Shown here: positions 18,132-27,117 of the stretch, one piece after another
Layout of the letters: each line of letters begins with the position of its first letter
How positions within the stretch are numbered: the stretch's first letter is position 1
NCBI GenBank assembly: GCA_963701075.1
Contig: OY969559.1
Coordinates: forward strand, 1 to 64,000
Direction: 5' to 3'
Length of the DNA stretch: 64,000 bases
Source of the DNA: an uncultured Nitrososphaerota archaeon
GTDB taxonomy: Archaea; Thermoproteota; Nitrososphaeria; Nitrososphaerales; Nitrosopumilaceae
Notes under the pieces: generated by a model
Seen by the model: the letters and a program-made list of their open reading frames with translations, nothing else
What the model was told of the DNA's origin: nothing
The model's database searches: none
Program-made: the position numbers and the translations under genes

Positions 18132-18425
18132 TTATTCGAATAAGCCTTTATTTGTTCGATTAAACTCCAGAGTCCACTTTCGGATGTAATATACCGGCAC
18201 TCCAACTGTTATGGGCAAAGCGATTATCATCCCAACAGGCCATGATATCACCAAATTGATTATCAACGCAATAAAGAAGATCACAATTTCCAGCATGATT
18301 CCATAAAGCAGTTTTCTAATCCTGTAAAAAGCAATTATCTGCGAAATAAAACTTGGAATTAATGCCAGAACCAGCTGACTTTTGAGACTAACTCTTTCAG
18401 TGCCACCAGCATCATTAGAACTCAC
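18132..18425 (-). CDS. Small membrane protein
   Basis: Three hydrophobic segments. Confidence 0.7.
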   Translation of the reverse strand: MSSNDAGGTERVSLKSQLVLALIPSFISQIIAFYRIRKLLYGIMLEIVIFFIALIINLVISWPVGMIIALPITVGVPVYYIRKWTLEFNRTNKGLFE

Positions 18426-18492
18426 AGAAAATCTCTTGTCTTTGCCATACTAATTCCTGCCTATTCAGGCAAATGAAAACATCATACAATGC

Positions 18493-18801
18493 TCAGTTTT
18501 TAGATGCTAAGCGCTTTACAGTTTCTTTAAAGTCGTTCATAGGTACAATTTTCACCGTACTTATAGATGAGATTCCAGTAGCGATGCAAAGTTGTTCTAT
18601 ATCATGTGCACTTTTTGCATCCAAGACAATTATCCACTCATGTTCAAGTACAGACATGTAGAAGGCAACAACCTTTGATACATGGAATTTCTTGATGTTC
18701 AGTTTCATTTTATTTTCAATTTCAAGAAAAATTTTTTTACTTCGGGTATTATTCAACGGACATGATTCTGGACTGTGTACAGCAAAGATACCAAACAGCA
18801 C
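18493..18801 (-). CDS. Hypothetical ferredoxin-like fold protein (GYD/DUF3303-like)
   Basis: HSPESCP motif and alternating beta/alpha pattern. Confidence 0.65.
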   Translation of the reverse strand: MLFGIFAVHSPESCPLNNTRSKKIFLEIENKMKLNIKKFHVSKVVAFYMSVLEHEWIIVLDAKSAHDIEQLCIATGISSISTVKIVPMNDFKETVKRLASKN

Positions 18802-18868
18802 ATTTGGTTTTTAGATAATCGTTTAATTAAACTTTCAACTTAAGTTCGGTATCAAAACAATTGAAATA

Positions 18869-19561
18869 TCAATAGTTGATTGACAGGTCATCAAAATATG
18901 CTTCAGTATTATCCTTAGTCCATAATCCAACTTGCCCTGTTAGATAGTATTGGTTGTTGGCTTTGATTATCTCTTTACCATCCAGCCATCCACCTATACC
19001 CTGTGATGATATGGTGGCTTCCAAGGTATGCCACTCTCCCACACTAATTTGAGCATGAGCTTCGTAATTACAAATTAGGAATTCAGTGTCGGATTTACAT
19101 AACGAGATTCTATTATTTGTCGGGTCTAGCACCAGAACAAAATAGTGACTTGGATCCATAAAGCGTACTACTAGACCTGCCTGTTCCGTAGTGTTGCCTG
19201 GAAGTATCTTGATTTTCACGCTTATTGATGCATCAGACACTACAGGAGAATCGGGCATTATTTGCATATGATAGCCCGAGCTGTTCGCTGCAGGTAATGA
19301 TGCCAGTACATTAGGTTGCGATGGTGCCGAATCATCAGACTTTACCATCCACAATCCTGGCGGGGAATCTAATTGAAAAGCTGTATAGTCCGTAGGCAAT
19401 GTATTATTTTTATATGAATCGAAATTCCAATCTTTGGAATGTGTATAACTGAAGCCATTTAATGCATTATAAAGTGCAAACGTTACTCCTATGGCGGTAA
19501 TAATTGCAAAAATTATCAATCTTCGTTTTTTGCTCAAACGAATTGATTGGTTTTTAGACAA
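18869..19561 (-). CDS. Membrane-anchored LamG/DUF1080-like beta-sandwich protein
   Basis: N-terminal TM, AGLVVRF, GEWHTL, GQVGLWT and AYFDDL. Confidence 0.75.
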   Translation of the reverse strand: MSKNQSIRLSKKRRLIIFAIITAIGVTFALYNALNGFSYTHSKDWNFDSYKNNTLPTDYTAFQLDSPPGLWMVKSDDSAPSQPNVLASLPAANSSGYHMQIMPDSPVVSDASISVKIKILPGNTTEQAGLVVRFMDPSHYFVLVLDPTNNRISLCKSDTEFLICNYEAHAQISVGEWHTLEATISSQGIGGWLDGKEIIKANNQYYLTGQVGLWTKDNTEAYFDDLSINY

Positions 19562-19650
19562 ATAATATCAAGAATACTCATGATGTGGTTGATATAAACA
19601 AACCTAATTCATAAAAAAATTATTTTAAATGATAGTAAAGTTTGAAATTT

Positions 19651-19845
19651 TTATTTGCGTCGTCTTGGTTTTTGTTTTGACTTCCATCTATCATATCCCC
19701 ATCGTGTTATGGCAAATACACCAAGTGAGAAAAAGAATCCTCCCACAAACATGAAGATTGGAGTTCTCGTGTAAAACGACCACAAAAATCCCAATATTCC
19801 ACTTATGAATTGCAAGCCGCAAAATGCTAGCCATCTATCGACCAT
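19651..19845 (-). CDS. Small two-TM membrane protein
   Basis: Two hydrophobic helices and a basic tail; lies downstream of amt. Confidence 0.6.
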   Translation of the reverse strand: MVDRWLAFCGLQFISGILGFLWSFYTRTPIFMFVGGFFFSLGVFAITRWGYDRWKSKQKPRRRK

Positions 19846-19966
19846 CGTTTGAGTCTAAGCCCCCATCCTTTTTACCGTTTCTAAAATCAATACAAACTCA
19901 TCTCATTTTTTATCATATTTTAGTTAATAGAAATAAACAGAAAAATAAAAGGGGTTCTTGAAAGCG

Positions 19967-21472
19967 CTACTCCGCAAACTGCGAGTATGCCCTTTCTCCG
20001 ACTTGTGATAAGTCTAAGCCTATCTCTTCTTCTTTTGGCGTTACTCTTACACCACCAGGCCAGATTGCATCTTGTATTCTCCATATGATGTATGTAATAC
20101 CAAATGACCATGCTGCTCCGAATCCTGCACCTTCACAGTTTATCACAAACTGCATCGGGTTTCCGAAGAACAGTCCATTGTGACCATACGGATTGATTCG
20201 TGTTTCGCTGAATGCACCTGTCAAAAGGGCACCTACTACACCGCCCATTCCGTGTACACCCCAAGTATCTAGTGCATCATCTATTCTTGCTCTGTTCTTT
20301 ATTAGAACACAGTAGAAGCAGACTGTTGCGCATGCAAAGCCTACAATTATCGATGCCCACGTACCTATGAATCCAGATGCTGGCGTAATTGCCACAAGTC
20401 CGGCTACTGCTCCGTTACAAGCACCAATCGCACTCGCTTTCCCTGTGTGAGCCCAAGCCAAAAACATCCACCAAATTGCTGCAACAGCTGTTGCAAGGTT
20501 TGTGTTTTGGAATGCTTGAGTTTCAAGGAAACCTGCAAATCCTGCACTTCCTGGGTTGAAACCGAACCAACCGAACCAGAGGAGTATAGCACCTAACATG
20601 ATCAGTGGAATTGAATGAGGTTCAAATGGAGCCTTTCCATAACCGATTCTTCTTCCAAGGAACATTGCTGCAGCCAGTCCAGCAAAACCTGATGTAATGT
20701 GGATGACCGTTCCTCCTGCAAAGTCTTCAGTTCCAATGTTAGCAAGCCAGCCTACTGCTGTACCCTGACTTCCAAGTGACCAGTTTGCATGTCCCACAAA
20801 GTCATAGATGAATGTAGTCCATAGTACGATGTGTATTAGGAACGCACTCATCTTCACTCTATCAGCGTACCCTGCTATTGCTAGCGCAGGAGTGATAGCA
20901 GCGAACATGAGCTGGAACATCACATATGCCAAATGTGGAATTGTTGGTGCATAAACATCAGCTGGTGCATTATGGAAGACGTTATTGAGTCCAACCCAAT
21001 CCAAGTTTCCAATGAAACCGTATGGATCTGCAGAGGGACCAAACATTATTGAGTAGCCCCAAATGACCCACTGAACGCTGACAATTGAGTATACCATGAA
21101 GTTTTGTAAGATTACCATGAGTGCTTGTTTTCTTCGTGATAAACCACCGTACAGAAAACCGACACCTCCAGGAGTCATAATCATGACGAAGGAAGCTGCT
21201 GCGTACATGAAGGTCGTGTCTCCAGTATCAATACATGGTGCTTCACTACCACCAAAGGTTCCGTTACCAGGTGGGGTCATCGGTTGACCACAGTGAATCT
21301 CATTTGTCTTTTGTGGATTGGCTAGTTTGTTTATAGGACCAAATTGTGCATTTGCGTCTTGCAATGCAGTCAGTCCTGACATTGTAACAACCAAAGCTGC
21401 TAGTGCAAAAACGAGCGGCCATTTGTGCTTAGATAATATCTGTAATGGCATTCTCGAGATTGTTTCCGACAT
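19967..21472 (-). CDS. amt: Ammonium transporter
   Basis: FQLMFAAIT, DFAGGTVIHI, LWFGWFGFN, DALDTWGVHG (twin His) and EEEIGLD. Confidence 0.98.
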   Translation of the reverse strand: MSETISRMPLQILSKHKWPLVFALAALVVTMSGLTALQDANAQFGPINKLANPQKTNEIHCGQPMTPPGNGTFGGSEAPCIDTGDTTFMYAAASFVMIMTPGGVGFLYGGLSRRKQALMVILQNFMVYSIVSVQWVIWGYSIMFGPSADPYGFIGNLDWVGLNNVFHNAPADVYAPTIPHLAYVMFQLMFAAITPALAIAGYADRVKMSAFLIHIVLWTTFIYDFVGHANWSLGSQGTAVGWLANIGTEDFAGGTVIHITSGFAGLAAAMFLGRRIGYGKAPFEPHSIPLIMLGAILLWFGWFGFNPGSAGFAGFLETQAFQNTNLATAVAAIWWMFLAWAHTGKASAIGACNGAVAGLVAITPASGFIGTWASIIVGFACATVCFYCVLIKNRARIDDALDTWGVHGMGGVVGALLTGAFSETRINPYGHNGLFFGNPMQFVINCEGAGFGAAWSFGITYIIWRIQDAIWPGGVRVTPKEEEIGLDLSQVGERAYSQFAE

Positions 21473-21494
21473 CTTTTCGTAGAGAAGGTTCCCG

Positions 21495-21520
21495 TCTATA
21501 AAAGGTATTTTATCCTAAAA
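21495..21520 (-). promoter_or_regulatory. amt promoter/operator (26-bp element, copy 1)
   Basis: TCTATAAAAGGTATTTTATCCTAAAA; minus-strand TTTTATA TATA box plus AGG-N8-CCT dyad; identical to 24773-24798. Confidence 0.8.
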
Positions 21521-21635
21521 AATTTTTTTTGTGATATAATATGAACTGATCGCCTTTTTGATCGTGATTATGGTATCATAAAATTCCAAAAAATCTTAAA
21601 AAAAATTATTATACAAGCTATAATGTATGTCTGCC

Positions 21636-21797
21636 ATGGCAGAAGCCGGTATTGAAATATTCATTGCAACTGCAGCGTGGCTTGCAGGCACCACTGCTAT
21701 CTACTTTGGTGAAAGAGCATACAGATACAAGAGAATCAAAGAAGGCAAACACGTTGGAACTTATGGAATGACGTTTGAAGGCGAAGGACATCCATAA
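21636..21797 (+). CDS. 53-aa single-TM protein divergent from amt (not in ORF track)
   Basis: MAEAGIEIFIATAAWLAGTTAIYFGERAYRYKRIKEGKHVGTYGMTFEGEGHP; upstream TATA-like sequence and downstream T-tract. Confidence 0.7.
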   Translation: MAEAGIEIFIATAAWLAGTTAIYFGERAYRYKRIKEGKHVGTYGMTFEGEGHP

Positions 21798-21865
21798 AAT
21801 CCATATTATTTTTCATACTTGATTACAAGATAGATTGATTTACTATAACAGGTTGCGTTCTTTTA

Positions 21866-22351
21866 ATGAGAATTAATTTAGATGATGATGAATACATCAC
21901 AGCTTCTCTTCCTAAGATTTGGGACATTGCTCATGGATTATCAGGTTTCTTCCATAAAAGTAAGGAAGGAGTTCTTGCATTAACAAACAAGAACCTAATC
22001 TTTGTACCAAGATTCTTGCAACTCATGTCTAAAGAAAGAGAAAAGTACTTTGGAGATGACAAGGCCAGAGTAACAAAACTTGCTCATTATTCCGAGTCGG
22101 ATCTAGATGAGGACATCTCCAAGAATTCCAAGAGCTGGATATGTCCATTAAATTCTCTAGTAAATGCAGAAAGTGTTACAATAAGAAAAGTAAATTTTCT
22201 AAGAATAACGTTCAAGGGTGAAAAAAATCAGCTAAAAAAATATGATTTTGCAATAACAAGATCAGTGATAAGCTATCCACAGAGACAGCCATTAATGTAT
22301 TATAGCTTGGATTGGACTGATTGGATAAATTTGTTAAAATCACACATGTAG
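21866..22351 (+). CDS. Hypothetical protein (PH/GRAM-like)
   Basis: EGVLALTNKNLIF motif. Confidence 0.65.
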   Translation: MRINLDDDEYITASLPKIWDIAHGLSGFFHKSKEGVLALTNKNLIFVPRFLQLMSKEREKYFGDDKARVTKLAHYSESDLDEDISKNSKSWICPLNSLVNAESVTIRKVNFLRITFKGEKNQLKKYDFAITRSVISYPQRQPLMYYSLDWTDWINLLKSHM

Positions 22352-22363
22352 GGTTGGCAAAAT

Positions 22364-22855
22364 CTATTTCAGATCTTCGCCATCAATATTTGCGGGTCTG
22401 CTATGAAGCTTCTCAATTGTCCTTGACAGTATGAAATCTTGTTCTACCTCAGATTCCGTGGGAAACTTGAGATCCGTGATTCTTTTCATATAGTTGAATA
22501 TCTCAAGTTCATACGTATCCTTTTTTGGAACATACAGTGCAATCTTCAGATTAGCAGCCCCCTCATAATCTTCTTTGAATTGTGTATAATGTTCAGAAAT
22601 CTTGAGGGTTTTTAAGAAAACCCATGTGGTTGATAATATACGTGATTGACAGTAAAGAACAAAGTCATAGTTAGGCGCTTTTTCTACAAATCTGATTTTT
22701 ATCTCATCGTCTGGAAAATATTTTATTATTTTGTTCCAAGTGGTGCCAATCTTTTTTCTTCCATCAAACATTAGAAAAATGGTAGGTTTAACATCATACA
22801 TATGGTATCCAAGTCCTAGGAAATCATCAAACCAATCTATTTTAGTGTCAACCAT
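22364..22855 (-). CDS. Hypothetical protein
   Basis: 163-aa ORF with host-like composition. Confidence 0.65.
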   Translation of the reverse strand: MVDTKIDWFDDFLGLGYHMYDVKPTIFLMFDGRKKIGTTWNKIIKYFPDDEIKIRFVEKAPNYDFVLYCQSRILSTTWVFLKTLKISEHYTQFKEDYEGAANLKIALYVPKKDTYELEIFNYMKRITDLKFPTESEVEQDFILSRTIEKLHSRPANIDGEDLK

Positions 22856-22972
22856 ACAAAACGTTTGAAACCATTTACCGTATTTAACATTAGACCTGCT
22901 GAATTATGTTTCATTATTTGTAATGAAACATTAGAAAGCTACATTATATACGGGAGTTGAATTTTTTACATA

Positions 22973-23182
22973 TTGAAACCAAGCAGAAAAAGGATAGATG
23001 AAATTCTCAGTATGTCTGAGAGAGAACTGAGCCAATATCTTAGAGAGACTGACAATACTTTACAACCAACAGACTCGATTAAGATAATGACTTTTGAACA
23101 TGGAGTTAAGGCGCTCTACTATCACAAAGACCTGCCAAAACCGTACAAAACTCGTGTTTTCCTCAAGAATACTGAAAGTTAG
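22973..23182 (+). CDS. Hypothetical protein
   Basis: 69-aa ORF filling an intergenic gap, with a TATA-like sequence upstream. Confidence 0.5.
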   Translation: MKPSRKRIDEILSMSERELSQYLRETDNTLQPTDSIKIMTFEHGVKALYYHKDLPKPYKTRVFLKNTES

Positions 23183-23238
23183 GATTTATTGAAATAGATT
23201 ATAGAAGTACATAATTTCTACTCTGCGTTATTAGATCT

Positions 23239-23976
23239 GTGGGAAATAAACAGCATACAGAAGATAGATGGTTTTTTATTGAAAAAGTTCAAGATTGGTT
23301 TCAACGTAAAACCCATTTTTGGCTTGTAATTGGCATTTTATCGTTGACCTCAGTTTTGGTTCTACAGTATATTTTCAATTTCACGTCACAAACTAATCCT
23401 TCTGTGAGACAACAAGCAGAATTTCTAGTTATGCCCATTCTTTCACTTTTTGTCTTCAGTGTTTTTTGGAGAAATATTGTATGTGCATTCCTCTCGCTTG
23501 TAGGAGCCATGATGACCAATGGTGGAATGGTCTTCTTTCATAGGACCGATGTAACAGCACAATTGGCAATCCCGTATGTAGCTAATCGATTAGGGTACGG
23601 AATAAAACATGCTGCTGTGATTTCGCCAAATTCTGTTGCGGATGTTTATTTTATTGCGGGTGTACTTGCCCTGGCCTTTTGTCTTGTAATTGCAATCAAA
23701 CCAAATTTTTTCAAACCAAAAGATCCTGATGTTCTTCCCTATCCCATATGGAAATACAGCAAAAACTTTGAAATGAGTCAAAAGTCAGGTACGGTCAGAT
23801 TAATTCCAGTATCTGCATTATTGAGTTATGCAGAGCAACATCTAGTTACAAGATACAAGTATGTTGCACTGGCAATTGGCGGCAGAGAATATCTAGTTAC
23901 ACCCTATGAATGGATTCCAGAAAATTCAGTTGTGATTAGAGATGAAAAATCAAATACAATTATTGGGATTCCATAA
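23239..23976 (+). CDS. Hypothetical membrane protein
   Basis: About four TM segments and a soluble C-terminus. Confidence 0.7.
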   Translation: MGNKQHTEDRWFFIEKVQDWFQRKTHFWLVIGILSLTSVLVLQYIFNFTSQTNPSVRQQAEFLVMPILSLFVFSVFWRNIVCAFLSLVGAMMTNGGMVFFHRTDVTAQLAIPYVANRLGYGIKHAAVISPNSVADVYFIAGVLALAFCLVIAIKPNFFKPKDPDVLPYPIWKYSKNFEMSQKSGTVRLIPVSALLSYAEQHLVTRYKYVALAIGGREYLVTPYEWIPENSVVIRDEKSNTIIGIP

Positions 23977-24002
23977 AATAAAAATAGAATAAAAAAGTGT
24001 AG

Positions 24003-24750
24003 TTATAGGATGCTGTCTTTGGGTTTAAGTTCGCGCCATTTTCCACGAGCCCAGAATCCCCACTTTACCTTGTCCTCAGATGTGTAGTAACATTTTTCGT
24101 TGTGAGGACATTCGAGGCATCTCTCTGATGGTTCGATAGTAGGAGCTATGTTATTTTTCAGCAATGTGTTCAATATACGAGCTCTACGCTTGGTTTCACC
24201 CATGAGTCGGTTACTTCTTGGAACTTGGAATTCCATTTCATTTCCTTCTCTGTCGAAGTAAACAATCACTCCTTCTGGTTTGTCAAACATGTGCAGATAC
24301 GAATTCAGTTGTATGAAGTGTTCTGGATATGGCATTTCTGGTAATTCATCTACTGCCTTGAACACCATCGCTACATCATCTTCAACTCTTTCTGCTCTGC
24401 CAACTAGTTTTACGCCAGAACCTGCATCAAGCTTGTCCCTCTACGGGTTTTTCCATAATGCTCAATGCACTTCTTTGCATAATTTTTGACATCATCTGTT
24501 TGTGACTTTTCTCAGATGGAGACTTTCTATCGAGATACGAAGCTCGCAAACAACCGCTGACCTCATCCACTGTTACTTTGCCTTCTTCAGCTATTGTTGG
24601 ATTAATTGCTGCAAAAACCTCGTCTATCACATCATAGACATCAAATTTTGGTGCTGCGTCACCTGCTGCTCTGTAATTATCTATTCCCTGCTTGAGCTTT
24701 TCTTGAACCTTTCCTACGATTGGAACCTTTTTGATTTTAGATTCGCTCAT
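24003..24750 (-). CDS. Solo Cas4-like Fe-S PD-(D/E)xK-fold protein, catalytically degenerate; +1 frameshift near 24433 is probably an error
   Basis: SGCLR (Cys1), QLNSY (QxxxY) and CLECPHNEKC (Cys2-4). The joined frame reads LVGRAERVEDDVAMVFK. Confidence 0.8.
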
Positions 24751-24772
24751 TCTTTCAAAATTGGGATTTTGT

Positions 24773-24798
24773 TCTATAAAAGGTATTTTATCCTAAAA
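24773..24798 (-). promoter_or_regulatory. 26-bp promoter/operator copy 2, between the Cas4-like gene and PII
   Basis: Identical to 21495-21520 and the same 22-bp gap to the start codon. Confidence 0.8.
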
Positions 24799-24874
24799 TT
24801 ATTGTTTTATGATATTATTTCTTCTTGAATATACTTCCAAGCAATAATTTTAATAAAAGCATTTGATAGTTGCA

Positions 24875-25228
24875 ATGAATCTAGCTATGAAGAAAATAGA
24901 AGCTGTAATTCCAGAAGACAAGTTAGAGCCAGTCTTTAGTGCATTGACGCAACTTGACATCGGTGGCTTTACATATTTCACAGCAAAAGGCAGAGGAAAG
25001 AGACCCAGAGAGATGGTATCATCGGGTAGAAGCGGACGATTCCAATCTGCATATAATGTGAACATAAACATCTATGTTGTTGTACATGATAACATGGTGG
25101 ACAAAGTCGTTGATGCAATAACATCTCACGCAAGTACTGGCATGACAGGAGAAGGCAAAATATTCATCTATACAGTAGATGACGCCATAGATGTAGGAAC
25201 GAAGAAGCGCGGCGAGTCTTCACTCTAA
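24875..25228 (+). CDS. glnB: PII nitrogen regulatory protein
   Basis: MKKIEAVI, KGRG T-loop, TGMTGEGKIFI and DVGTKKRGE. Start could be 24887. Confidence 0.95.
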   Translation: MNLAMKKIEAVIPEDKLEPVFSALTQLDIGGFTYFTAKGRGKRPREMVSSGRSGRFQSAYNVNINIYVVVHDNMVDKVVDAITSHASTGMTGEGKIFIYTVDDAIDVGTKKRGESSL

Positions 25229-25313
25229 ATTTCTTTTACATATTTTCACGAAATTATTTTAGCAGCACATACAAGATGTCAATGTATATAACTCGATCAA
25301 CCTAAACAATCCC

Positions 25314-25842
25314 ATGATCTGGCCTGGAATGGGGGATCCTCAAAAACGAAGGAAAACTCTCAGGTTCCTTGCAATTACGGCTGCCATAGGAATTGGAATA
25401 GCGCTAACCAATGTCTATGTAATACAAAAAGTAGTGAAGGCAGACGATCCTCTTTACCAGTGCATAAACGGTCTTGATGTAACCTACCAATTATCTACTA
25501 CTTTTGAGATTTACGTAGACGGAGTAAAACAAAACATACCTGCGGGCATTGGAATTACGCCAAACTGTCAACGGTCCATGTACACCCTATCAGATGATGG
25601 AGTAGTTCATGTGGCATGGACAAAACCATATGCATTTACGGTTGGTCAATTCTTGTGGATAAGTGGGTTTGATTATCGCGATACGGACGATAAAGCATCC
25701 ACGATATACGTCAACGGAGTAGAGTCACCTGATTTCATAAATACCGTCTTACAAGATGGTGCCCATTACAGAGTCTGAATTTGCCACAAAGAACAGCCAG
25801 GGAGCCCCAACCTTTACCCCACCTAGTCAGAACAATCAGTAA
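25314..25842 (+). CDS. Conserved AOA membrane-anchored protein; +1 frameshift near 25774
   Basis: MIWPGMGDP, TM helix, IPAGIG..C..YTLSDDGVVH. The alternative frame continues to the TAA at 25842. Confidence 0.7.
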
Positions 25843-25887
25843 TCTTACGATAATTAGTGTTAATTAAAAAGGAAAAAGGATGGAATT

Positions 25888-26157
25888 CTACCAGTATTTG
25901 CCGTTGTCTGGTATGAGACCAATGCCTTCGCGCTCAAAGTGTTTATCGAGTTCGGCTACCCATCTTTCTCGGATAGCACTTTGACCCAATCCGTGTGCCC
26001 TGAGCCAGAAAGCAATGACGCCGAGTAAGAATACTGCGAACATCATAGTTGCAAATATGTAGGTCATGACATCGTAAAAGAGCGGGTCATAGTTTGGACC
26101 TATTTGACCTGCAAAGTTAGACAACACGCCTACGAGCATGAATATCGCGCTCATCAT
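25888..26157 (-). CDS. amoY: Probable AMO accessory subunit AmoY
   Basis: Small TM protein paired with 26249-26560, just before rps15 and near the amo cluster. Assigned from recalled synteny; the Y/Z labels could be swapped. Confidence 0.6.
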   Translation of the reverse strand: MMSAIFMLVGVLSNFAGQIGPNYDPLFYDVMTYIFATMMFAVFLLGVIAFWLRAHGLGQSAIRERWVAELDKHFEREGIGLIPDNGKYW

Positions 26158-26248
26158 AATTCAAAACAATTTATGTACGATATATACATTTCTGTGGCAT
26201 TTGGCAAAATGGGTTTCCAAGTAATAAATAAAATAAGAAAAAGAAGAT

Positions 26249-26560
26249 CTAGTGCTGTTTTCTCGCTTTTTCCACTTGCTTTGCTCTTACGACGAAAGCA
26301 ATGAAGATTCCGCCGAATATTGCGCCAGAGATGATTGTTGCGCCAACGACACCGTTAGCATCAAGGTATGGCGTGCCAGAACCGGCGTGTGGATTTGCTT
26401 GTACATCAGCTATTCTTGCTCGCGCTAGCTTCAGTTGCTCTTCTAGAGTAATCTGACCACCGCCTCCCACACCTGCGTACTGTGCCGCAGCGAATGGAGC
26501 AAATGATGATACTACGAAGAGAGTGAGTAGTGCAGCTCCAACAATTATTGGTTTGTTCAT
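26249..26560 (-). CDS. amoZ: Probable AMO accessory subunit AmoZ
   Basis: Signal peptide (..AAAQY), helical TLEEQLKLAR, GSGTPYLDA and a C-terminal TM helix; synteny with rps15. Confidence 0.6.
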   Translation of the reverse strand: MNKPIIVGAALLTLFVVSSFAPFAAAQYAGVGGGGQITLEEQLKLARARIADVQANPHAGSGTPYLDANGVVGATIISGAIFGGIFIAFVVRAKQVEKARKQH

Positions 26561-26667
26561 TCTATAGCACCTACTCAAAATGACTTCTGTTTATATTTAA
26601 CTCTTATGCAATTCGGAGCTTCCGATCTGCAAGTAACATTTATGTTTGCTGAAAAAACAAGCGCTTC

Positions 26668-27117
26668 GTGGGCCGACTCCATTCACATAGACACGGAAAA
26701 TCTCATTCTATAAGACCTGTTACTCCTAGTCCACCAACTTGGGTAAAGCAGACTCCAGACGAGATAGAGGAGCTCATAGTAAAGTATGCAAAAGAGGGAC
26801 TCAAGACAAGTGAGATCGGCATAAAGTTACGAGATCAGTATGCTATTCCAATTACCAAGCAGATTGTTAAAAAATCAATAGTGCAGATTTTGGAAGAGAG
26901 AGGAGTCAAGCCGGATATGCCAGAAGATCTCAATAATCTTGTTACAAAGGCATTAGGTCTACAAAAACATCTAAAGGCTCACAAGTCCGATAGGAGAAAC
27001 GTCAGATCGCTTGAATTGCTAGAGGCCAAAGTTCACAGGTTGTCCTCATATTACAAGAAAATTGACCGCATTCCCAAAACTTGGAAATATAAGGCAGTCA
27101 TTGCTCAACTTGAGTAA
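26668..27117 (+). CDS. rps15: 30S ribosomal protein S15 (uS15)
   Basis: MGRLHSHRHGKSHS and PEDL..L. Confidence 0.97.
   Translation: MGRLHSHRHGKSHSIRPVTPSPPTWVKQTPDEIEELIVKYAKEGLKTSEIGIKLRDQYAIPITKQIVKKSIVQILEERGVKPDMPEDLNNLVTKALGLQKHLKAHKSDRRNVRSLELLEAKVHRLSSYYKKIDRIPKTWKYKAVIAQLE

Noticed and set aside
24003-24750. Cas4-like gene as part of the CRISPR locus
   Set aside because: It is 24 kb from the array, outside the element, has no cas1/cas2 neighbours and lacks the catalytic residues.
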